Assembly: GCA_020350785.1 (NCBI GenBank)
Contig: CP070722.1
Location: 3,684,241-3,748,240, forward strand
Direction: 5' to 3'
Source: Gemmatimonadota bacterium
GTDB taxonomy: Bacteria; Gemmatimonadota; Gemmatimonadetes; Palauibacterales; KS3-K002
Length of the DNA stretch: 64,000 nucleotides
Shown here: positions 57,120-64,000 of the stretch, in pieces
Position numbering within the stretch: the first letter of the stretch is position 1
Layout: each line of letters begins with the position of its first letter
The notes under the pieces: model-generated
Told to the model about the DNA's origin: nothing
Seen by the model: only the letters and a program-made list of their open reading frames with translations
Databases searched by the model: none
Position numbers and translations under genes: made by a program

Positions 57120-58106
57120 CTAGTTACGTTGGTTGAGTTTCCGGATCGAGCCCTTGAGGTCATCGATCTCGGCCCGGAGCGTGGCAACCAGTTCCGCCAC
57201 GAAGCCAAAGCCGAACAAGGAAACGCCCATGACGCCCAGAAGCACCACGAGGTTCAGAAGCGGCCGGAAACCATGCCCCAAGAGCCGCATCACGATGGCC
57301 GCCAGGCCGACCAGGAGCCCCAGGGTGAGAAGCGCCAATCCGGTGAATCCGAACAAAAGCATTGGCTTACGGCTGAAGAGGAGGAGGAACCAAACCGCCA
57401 CGAGATCCAGAAGACCGATGAAAACGCGGCCACTTCCGCCGTACTTCGAGACCCCTCTTCGCCGGGGATACAGCGCGACATCAAGCTCCCCAATCCGATA
57501 GCCGCGGGCGTGTGCGATGACCACGAAGAAGCGATGCCAGTCATGGCGCAGGTGTATGTCGTCGAGGACCGACTTCCGAAATATCTTGATAGAGTTGAGA
57601 TCGCGTACGGGTACCCGAAAGAGCCGCCGCGATGACCAATTGTAGATTCCGGAAACCAGGCGTTTATGGTACTTCCCGATCTTTCGGCCGCAAACGATGT
57701 CGTAGCCTTTGGCCGCCTCATCCAATAGACGTGGGATATCATCGGGGTGATGTTGGAGATCGGCATCGAAGAGGACGATCCAATCCGTCTCCGAGGCCTC
57801 TACACCCGTCAGCAACGCCTCCGTCTTTCCCAGATTTCGGCGGTGCCGCTTCAACTTGAAGCGGCTCAAGCCCGCTCCTTCACGTGCCGCGACCTCTGCG
57901 GAGTGGTCGCTCGACCCGTCATCCACAAGTATGATCTCACCATCCAACTCGTGTTTCTGGAAAGTCCGCCGCAGCTCGCGAAAAAGCTCGGGGATGTTGA
58001 GGCTCTCGTTGAACGCTGGGATGATGACGGAGAAGTTACGCCGGGACTCCCCATCCAGGGCGTTGCCGCGCGTATCTTGATCCGGGCTGGCGGGGCCCTG
58101 GCTCAT
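57120..58106 (-). CDS. GT2 polyprenol-phosphate glycosyltransferase, GtrB/ArnC-like, with two C-terminal TM helices
   Basis: FSVIIPAFNESLNI...ILVDDGSSDHS...LFDADLQHHP catalytic motifs. C-terminal hydrophobic pair typical of GtrB/ArnC. Confidence 0.82.
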   Translation of the reverse strand: MSQGPASPDQDTRGNALDGESRRNFSVIIPAFNESLNIPELFRELRRTFQKHELDGEIILVDDGSSDHSAEVAAREGAGLSRFKLKRHRRNLGKTEALLTGVEASETDWIVLFDADLQHHPDDIPRLLDEAAKGYDIVCGRKIGKYHKRLVSGIYNWSSRRLFRVPVRDLNSIKIFRKSVLDDIHLRHDWHRFFVVIAHARGYRIGELDVALYPRRRGVSKYGGSGRVFIGLLDLVAVWFLLLFSRKPMLLFGFTGLALLTLGLLVGLAAIVMRLLGHGFRPLLNLVVLLGVMGVSLFGFGFVAELVATLRAEIDDLKGSIRKLNQRN

Positions 58107-59545
58107 ACGCGCTTGCGCATGCGGGCGGAGAGGATGCCGAGCTGGTCGCGGTACTTCGCAACGGTGCGCCTGGCAATATTGACGCCCTCTCGCTTCAGGA
58201 TATCGACGATCGCCTGGTCCGTCAGCGGCTTCTTGGGATCCTCATCGTTGACGAGCTTGCGGATGCGGGCCTTGATGCCGCGTGCCGACACATCCTCGCC
58301 CGAATCGGTGGAAAGGCCGCTCGAGAAGAAGAACTTAAGCGGGAAAACCCCTCTCGGCGTCTGTACGTATTTTTGGTTTGTCACGCGCGAGACCGTTGAC
58401 TCGTGCATGTCGATGACCTCGGCGACTTCGCGCAAGGTGAGAGGCTTGAGGTGCTCGATGCCCTCCTCGAAAAAGTCGCGCTGCCGGTTCACGATGAAGT
58501 TCATCACTTTGAGCATCGTCTGGCGACGCTGCTCGATCGCTTGGAGCATCCAATTGGCATTATTCAGCTTGTTGGAGATGAACTCCTTGCTTTCACCCTT
58601 GAACTTCGCTTTATCCTTAGCGACCTCGCGATAGGAGCGCGAGAGCCTGAGCCGCGGCAGCGCCGTGTCGTTATGGAAAACCATATAGTCGCTGTCGATT
58701 TTTTCGACGACCAAATCGGCAATGATGTAGTTGCCCTCTCCGCTCGAATACTGCAGTCCCGGTTTCGGATCCAACTTGGCGATCCCGTCGGCAGCCGACT
58801 GAACCTCGCGCGGGCTGACGCCCAGCTCTTTGGAGATTTCGGCCCAACGGTGGCTGACGAGCTTTTCGAAGTGCTTGTCGACGATCTCGTACACCAACGA
58901 GCCTTCCATCTCCTGGTCCCGGAGCTGCAGGATGAGGCATTCGCGCAAATCGCGGGCACCGATACCCGGCGGATCGAGCGCCTGGATGATCGTCATGATC
59001 CTGGCCACTTCCTCTAAATCGAAGTGTGGCTCTTCCCCGAAACCTGCCGCCACCGCCTCCTCGCTGTCCAGGAAACGGTTCAGCGAGTCTACCACCTCCT
59101 CCAAAGCGCAAGTCAGGAAACCGGTATCGTCGATATTGCCTATTATTTCCTCGGCAACGAAAATCTCACGTGGCTGCAACCTCAGCAGCGAGATCTGGTC
59201 ACGTAGATGGTCGTACAAGTCGCGAGTGGCCACCGCGATCGGCTCATAGTACTCCCGCTCCTCGTACTCCTCGCGCCGGCCGCCCATCTCGAAGCCGTCC
59301 AGCAGGATATCCTCCCAGTCGACCTCGTTCTCGTCCTCCTTCTCCGCTGAATCCGTGTTCTCCGCCGCGTCCCCGTCGGTTGGCTCGACCAGCTCCAGGA
59401 AGGGATTGCCAACCAGCTCCTGCTTGAGGTGCTGTTGCAGATCGAGAAGGGGCATGTACAGCAGATCCATCGCCTGATAAAGACGCGGATTGATGCGCAG
59501 CTCCTGCCCGAGTTTAATGTTCTGCTGAAGGCCGACCTTCATCAC
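58103..59545 (-). CDS. rpoN: RNA polymerase sigma-54 factor
   Basis: Region I (LQQNIKLGQELRINPRLYQAMDLL), core-binding region, HTH, and RpoN box ARRTVAKYR. Confidence 0.92.
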   Translation of the reverse strand: MMKVGLQQNIKLGQELRINPRLYQAMDLLYMPLLDLQQHLKQELVGNPFLELVEPTDGDAAENTDSAEKEDENEVDWEDILLDGFEMGGRREEYEEREYYEPIAVATRDLYDHLRDQISLLRLQPREIFVAEEIIGNIDDTGFLTCALEEVVDSLNRFLDSEEAVAAGFGEEPHFDLEEVARIMTIIQALDPPGIGARDLRECLILQLRDQEMEGSLVYEIVDKHFEKLVSHRWAEISKELGVSPREVQSAADGIAKLDPKPGLQYSSGEGNYIIADLVVEKIDSDYMVFHNDTALPRLRLSRSYREVAKDKAKFKGESKEFISNKLNNANWMLQAIEQRRQTMLKVMNFIVNRQRDFFEEGIEHLKPLTLREVAEVIDMHESTVSRVTNQKYVQTPRGVFPLKFFFSSGLSTDSGEDVSARGIKARIRKLVNDEDPKKPLTDQAIVDILKREGVNIARRTVAKYRDQLGILSARMRKRV

Positions 59546-59556
59546 CGCCCCTTTCC

Positions 59557-60738
59557 CTAGAGCCGAAAATCCTCGCCCAAATACAACTTACGTGCTTGCG
59601 GATCGTTTACCAACTCTTGAGAGGTGCCCTCGATATGGATCCGCCCATCGAACATGATGTAGGCACGATCCGTTATCGAGAGCGTCTCTCTCACGTTGTG
59701 ATCCGTGATCAGAACCCCTAGGCCCCGACGCTTCAGGTCGGCCACGATCCTTTGAATATCATCCACCGCGATAGGATCGACGCCGGCGAACGGTTCGTCG
59801 AGTAACATGAACTTCGGATCGGTTACCAGCGCGCGGGTGATTTCCAGCCTCCGCCGTTCACCACCAGACAATGAATAGGCCCTGTTCGCGCGAAGGTGCT
59901 TGATCGAAAGCTCATCAAGCAAAGTCTCCAGGCGGTCCTGGCGCTCGCCGTTCGAAATCGGCAGCGTTTCCAGAATCGCCATTATGTTCTGCTCGACCGT
60001 AAGCTTTCTGAAAACCGATGGCTCCTGCGACAAGTATCCGATCCCGAGGCGGGCGCGCCTATACATGGGGATACGGGCCAAGGGTTGTTCGTCGATGTAG
60101 ACTTCCCCGGCATCCGGCGCGACCAGCCCGACGATCATGTAGAAAGTCGTGGTCTTTCCCGCCCCGTTCGGGCCCAGCAAGCCGACGATCTCACCTTGGC
60201 GCAGCTCGATATCGACGTCATCGACTACACGTCGTTTCTTGTAGATCTTGACCAGCCCCTTGGTGTTGATGCTACTCCCATTGGCCGGGGCCAAGACAGG
60301 TGCTTCCTCGCCGGTGGGCGCGCTGAGCCGCTCCGCGATCTCGCGCTCCAACAGCTCGGTGAAATCAACACCAGCGGCATTGATCTCTTTCCACAAATTG
60401 GGCGCGAAACTGAGGTCCGCGCCCGCGTCACCTTCCCGCTGCACCCAGCCCCCCGCGACCAGCCGCCCCACGATCTGCTCTTCCAGGTACTTCTCCACCT
60501 CCTCGAAGGTCATTCGACGAATCTCCAGCAGGCGCCGGCTTTCGGGAGAACCGGGGCGAGCGACGGCGCCGTAGTGCCGCAGGTAGGATTCGCGGAATGA
60601 CTCGACCAGCTTGTGTCTCGAGATCTGTCCCGACTCGTCGGCACTGTCCATCAGCTCCTGCACGGCGATCAGCATGGGAGCCTCGTGAGGGGGCAGATCT
60701 TGTATGTGTAAGCGGAGGTCATCTAGTCCGCGAGTCAT
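59557..60738 (-). CDS. lptB: LPS export ABC transporter ATP-binding protein LptB with an in-frame ~148-aa N-terminal extension of unknown function
   Basis: C-terminal 246 aa (59557..60294) is canonical LptB (Walker [10 protein letters not shown], signature [15 protein letters not shown], Walker [11 protein letters not shown]). GAGGAAG + TTG at 60294 could start a standalone LptB, but no stop separates it from the upstream 148 codons. Confidence 0.8.
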   Translation of the reverse strand: MTRGLDDLRLHIQDLPPHEAPMLIAVQELMDSADESGQISRHKLVESFRESYLRHYGAVARPGSPESRRLLEIRRMTFEEVEKYLEEQIVGRLVAGGWVQREGDAGADLSFAPNLWKEINAAGVDFTELLEREIAERLSAPTGEEAPVLAPANGSSINTKGLVKIYKKRRVVDDVDIELRQGEIVGLLGPNGAGKTTTFYMIVGLVAPDAGEVYIDEQPLARIPMYRRARLGIGYLSQEPSVFRKLTVEQNIMAILETLPISNGERQDRLETLLDELSIKHLRANRAYSLSGGERRRLEITRALVTDPKFMLLDEPFAGVDPIAVDDIQRIVADLKRRGLGVLITDHNVRETLSITDRAYIMFDGRIHIEGTSQELVNDPQARKLYLGEDFRL

Positions 60739-62153
60739 GATCGCGCCCCCAGCGTTATCGTCGTATCGGGAGGCACCGCGCTCGAGTCGTTGGGGGCCAC
60801 CTCCGGCACAACCAAGGTGCTATCACCGTTGGTAGCGGCCGGCAGCGGTTCGAGATAAAGGCCCGTGCCCAAGATTACCTCGGCCCCCTGCACCGCACCT
60901 CCCTCTAGTTGGAGGGTGACGATACGACCGATCACGTAGTTCAACGCCGCCTCTTGAAGGGCCGGGTCGGCTCCTGCCGGGTCATCGCGAACATGATACA
61001 GCGCTCGTGCGCTCCCCGAAGCGACCAACCGCTCGAGTTCGGCATCCTGGCCCGCGCCGGAAGCTTCGGCCGCCGTGAAATAGCCGGTGATCGTGTCGCC
61101 CACCAGCCAATCTGTCCCCAACAAGCTGTCCGCCGGCTCCACCATCTCTCTCGTGTTCGCGCGAGCGCGCTGCACCGCAATCACCTGCTGCAGCGAGCCG
61201 CCCGGCCGCAAGATGTCGATCGAGTCGGCGACCAGGATGTACTCGTTGGATTCGCTGCGCGCCCATGGCGCGCGGCCGGCGCTGTCGACCACCCCCGTGC
61301 GTTCCGCTGCGCCCGCCGAGGCAACCGTGCGGGTGACCTCTTCCTCCTCGACGAACATCCTCAAGTAGGGTGCGGCCAACCCCACTCCGTCCCCCCGTGC
61401 CGAACCGTTGGGCCAGGAGTGGATCTCGCGCACCTGTTCCGCCTCCAACAGAACCAGGACGGTGTCGCCCTCCAGGTTGGTACCTTGGGCCTCGACTCGC
61501 GGATCCCCCAGCAGCCAGAGCTCTTCGAGCGCCGTGTCGAAGTGCAGAGAATCGCCGAACGCGTTTAGCTCTCCGCGGACGGCCACCACGTTCCCGGATC
61601 CGGCGATCAGCGAATCCCCGTAGATATGGACCCGATCGGCATCGACCTCGAAGGCCTGACCGGCCGCTTCGCCGCTTCCCGAGCGAAAGACTATGTGCGG
61701 GCGCTGTGGCGCGTACATCCGCTCTACGAGTCGGAACTCGTTCTGCGGGTAGTAGTCCAGCTGCGGCCCCGTCAGCGTCGAACCCTCCGCCGTATCGGTC
61801 AGCCTGACGTTGCCCTCGGCCCGGACCCAATCCTCGTTCTGATAGTATGTGGCGCGCTCTGAGTTCAGCGTGCGACTGGGGTCGCGGAATTGCACGTTCC
61901 CGAACATGTAGAGAATACCGCGCCCCTCGTACCAGCTAGCGCTGTCCGCGCGGACCCACATCACACCGCAGGTCGCCTCGACCCCCCGCGAGATATCCAC
62001 GCGCCGCTCGCCACTCGGCAGAGTCACCATGTGCGAGATCGTGCCCGGCGTGGTGATGAGCTCCAGGCTGCAGGTGCGCTCCCCCTGGGCCCAGGCGGCA
62101 GACGCCTGGCACAGACAGAGAGTTAACATCGTGCTTGCGATGAGTAGGCGCAT
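60735..62153 (-). CDS. lptA: Enlarged LptA/OstA-like periplasmic LPS-transport protein (multiple OstA-like beta-jellyroll repeats)
   Basis: Signal peptide. 472 aa (typical LptA ~180 aa). Position between lptC and lptB. Repeated GxV-rich beta segments. Confidence 0.6.
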   Translation of the reverse strand: MRLLIASTMLTLCLCQASAAWAQGERTCSLELITTPGTISHMVTLPSGERRVDISRGVEATCGVMWVRADSASWYEGRGILYMFGNVQFRDPSRTLNSERATYYQNEDWVRAEGNVRLTDTAEGSTLTGPQLDYYPQNEFRLVERMYAPQRPHIVFRSGSGEAAGQAFEVDADRVHIYGDSLIAGSGNVVAVRGELNAFGDSLHFDTALEELWLLGDPRVEAQGTNLEGDTVLVLLEAEQVREIHSWPNGSARGDGVGLAAPYLRMFVEEEEVTRTVASAGAAERTGVVDSAGRAPWARSESNEYILVADSIDILRPGGSLQQVIAVQRARANTREMVEPADSLLGTDWLVGDTITGYFTAAEASGAGQDAELERLVASGSARALYHVRDDPAGADPALQEAALNYVIGRIVTLQLEGGAVQGAEVILGTGLYLEPLPAATNGDSTLVVPEVAPNDSSAVPPDTTITLGARS

Positions 62154-62154
62154 C

Positions 62155-62709
62155 TTATTGTGTAGATTGCCGTTGCACCCCGGGCCTCACCATGCGAGCG
62201 GAGGTCAGATCTACCTCCTTCATGCCCGAGCTCGACTCGAACGCCGTCCCCTCGACGATGGTGCCGTCCGCCTCGATCATCCGGGTCTCCTTGTCGCTCC
62301 AGATCCGGTCGCCCGTTTGGTCGTAGTAGAGCACGGATGTCTCGATGCGGCGCCCCTCGCGCGGGTTCACCACGACGACGTCGACCTCCGCGGTCATGTC
62401 ACCCGTATTCCAGTCGTAGGTACCCTTTTTCGATGTCAGGACCGAGGTGGTGTCGCCTTCCGAATCGAAGAAGGTGACCCGCACGTTTCCCGAGATCTTG
62501 ACGATTCCCTCGGTCTCGAGGAAGTAAGCAGTGTCGCCCTCGACGTTGGCCCGACGAATCCCCCCCGCGGTGACGTAGTGTTGCACGCCGAACATCACTT
62601 GATTTGCATCGGCGACGCGCTGCAGGATCTCTTCGGCCACGACGGGTGGTTCCGCACTGTCGCGACAAGCGGAGAGGGACAGTATCAGGGCGATCCAACG
62701 TATCCGCAT
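62155..62709 (-). CDS. lptC: LptC-like LPS export protein, apparently lipoprotein-anchored
   Basis: Lipobox LSLSAC followed by ~165 aa beta-jellyroll. Canonical position kdsD-lptC-lptA-lptB. Confidence 0.65.
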   Translation of the reverse strand: MRIRWIALILSLSACRDSAEPPVVAEEILQRVADANQVMFGVQHYVTAGGIRRANVEGDTAYFLETEGIVKISGNVRVTFFDSEGDTTSVLTSKKGTYDWNTGDMTAEVDVVVVNPREGRRIETSVLYYDQTGDRIWSDKETRMIEADGTIVEGTAFESSSGMKEVDLTSARMVRPGVQRQSTQ

Positions 62710-62712
62710 AGC

Positions 62713-63681
62713 CTATACCGCTCGAGCTCGCATGAGGTCGTGAAGGTGAACGATACCGGTGAGACGGTTCTCGCCATCGCACACCGGCAGCGCCATGATG
62801 CCGTACTTCTCCATCTTGTACACGGCTTCGGCCGCCAAAGTGTCGGCGGTCACGGTCTTGGGATCCGGGTTCATCGCCTCCCACACTTGGCGGTGGAAGA
62901 ACTCCTCCTTGCTATCGACGAAGCGCGTCAAATCGCCGGCGGTCAGAACCCCGATGATTCGTCGCTCGTGGTCGATGATCGGGACGGTGCCCCGTTTGTA
63001 AGCGATCTCGACCATGGCCTCGCGCACCGTCGCCTCCCGGGTCAGGCAGGGGACCTTCTCAGGGTCGGTCAGCATGACGTCCGCAACGGTCATCAGGCGG
63101 CGGCCCAGAGCGCCCGCCGGGTGCAGCTTGGCGAAATCCTCTCGCGTGAACCCCTTGAGTTGAAGCAGCGCGACCGCCAGCGCGTCTCCCATGGCCATCG
63201 CCGCCGTCGTACTGGCGGTTGGCGCCAAATCGTATGGACACGCCTCCTCCGCCACGCTCACATCGAGCACGATGTCCGAGTGCTTCGCGATGGTGGCCTG
63301 GGGTTCACCGCACAGCGCGATCGTCGTGACTCCAAGGCGCTTCACCACCCGGAGAAGCTCGTACAGCTCGTCGGACTCGCCGCTCTTAGTTATCAGGATC
63401 ACCAGGTCGTCCCTTAGGACGTTCCCTACGTCCCCATGTACGCCTTCCACGGGGTGGAGGAAGAAGGCCGGCGTACCAGTGGACGTCAGAGTCGCCGCTA
63501 TCTTGCGAGCGATGATCCCGGATTTCCCGACGCCTGTGACGATCGCCCTCCCCTTCAGAAGGGCCAGCGCCTGGACGGCGCGAACGAACGCGTCGTCAAG
63601 GCGGTCCTCGAGGCGCGTTACCGCTTCGGCCTCCAGGCGAAGCACGCGGCGCCCCGCCTCAGTCAGCCCGTGCCGGTCCAT
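62713..63681 (-). CDS. kdsD: Arabinose-5-phosphate isomerase KdsD/GutQ (SIS + tandem CBS domains)
   Basis: SIS motif IVTGVGKSGIIARKIAATL. Two C-terminal CBS domains. Confidence 0.88.
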   Translation of the reverse strand: MDRHGLTEAGRRVLRLEAEAVTRLEDRLDDAFVRAVQALALLKGRAIVTGVGKSGIIARKIAATLTSTGTPAFFLHPVEGVHGDVGNVLRDDLVILITKSGESDELYELLRVVKRLGVTTIALCGEPQATIAKHSDIVLDVSVAEEACPYDLAPTASTTAAMAMGDALAVALLQLKGFTREDFAKLHPAGALGRRLMTVADVMLTDPEKVPCLTREATVREAMVEIAYKRGTVPIIDHERRIIGVLTAGDLTRFVDSKEEFFHRQVWEAMNPDPKTVTADTLAAEAVYKMEKYGIMALPVCDGENRLTGIVHLHDLMRARAV

Positions 63682-64000
63682 TCCGCGTCCTCACGCTCCT
63701 GCAGGTAATCCTTGACCACCCGCTCCCACTCCCCACGGCTCTTCAGCAAGGCCTCCGCGAACTCACGCACCGCGCCATCCCCACCGCGCCGGCCAGTCCG
63801 CCAGCGCGCGATTGCCGCCACTTCAGGCACCGCATTGGCCACCGCGACCGGCAGTCCCACACGCCGCAGAACGGGTATGTCCGCCAGGTCATCCGAAAGG
63901 AATGCCACAGCTTCCCAGGCAAAGCCCTTTCGTTCCATGATGTCGCGGACGATCGGCAGCTTTTCGGCGCCGGGATCCTGGTGCACCTCTTCTATGCCCA
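63663..64000 (-). CDS. kdsC: 3-deoxy-D-manno-octulosonate 8-phosphate phosphatase KdsC, C-terminal part only (start lies beyond window end)
   Basis: HAD-family C-terminal motif SDDLADIPVL...GGDGAVRE. N-terminal DxD motif not in window. Confidence 0.75.
   Translation of the reverse strand, partial: GIEEVHQDPGAEKLPIVRDIMERKGFAWEAVAFLSDDLADIPVLRRVGLPVAVANAVPEVAAIARWRTGRRGGDGAVREFAEALLKSRGEWERVVKDYLQEREDAEWTGTG

Overview
This is a high-GC (~65%), gene-dense core-chromosome region of a diderm bacterium that carries LPS and BamA, with almost no non-coding space. The window opens inside the 3' end of an rRNA operon (23S 3' terminus, 5S, strong intrinsic terminator). Next come era, an unlisted Trm112-like mini-gene, a PorV/FadL-like outer-membrane barrel, RNase R, and a receiver-GGDEF(GGDDF)/zinc-ribbon gene pair. 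From 6748 to 27382 a ~20.6-kb all-plus-strand supercluster runs with many overlapping stop/start junctions: prfB (with its programmed +1 frameshift) - lysS - lolC - lolD - mcsA - mcsB - clpC - bamA - skp - lpxD - lpxC/fabZ fusion - lpxA - Gfo/Idh/MocA oxidoreductase - lpxB - DUF374 - lpxK - nadB. Translation factors, lipoprotein sorting, a Gram-positive-type arginine-kinase/ClpC proteolysis module, outer-membrane protein assembly and the Raetz lipid A pathway are therefore chained into one array. Downstream lie rlmH - SAM methyltransferase - bshC (bacillithiol), murJ, uvrC, gltX, thrC, a secreted hypothetical protein, an orphan larC, a TPR protein, then der-plsY-gpsA-MerR-like-surE-pcm-dedA-hypothetical-YfgM-like. 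The right third is an all-minus-strand array: kdsC-kdsD-lptC-lptA(enlarged)-lptB(N-terminally extended)-rpoN, followed by a glycosylation island with two polyprenol-phosphate-sugar synthase/GT-C glycosyltransferase modules, wecB, a GT4 enzyme and an HldE-type heptose kinase. I saw no transposases, integrases, CRISPR arrays, tRNAs or recognisable defence/toxin systems. The long antisense ORFs in the track look like typical high-GC artefacts. Domain signatures (LpxC-FabZ fusion, BshC, PorV-like barrel) suggest an FCB-group-like lineage such as Rhodothermota, Gemmatimonadota or Bacteroidota relatives, but that is inference only.
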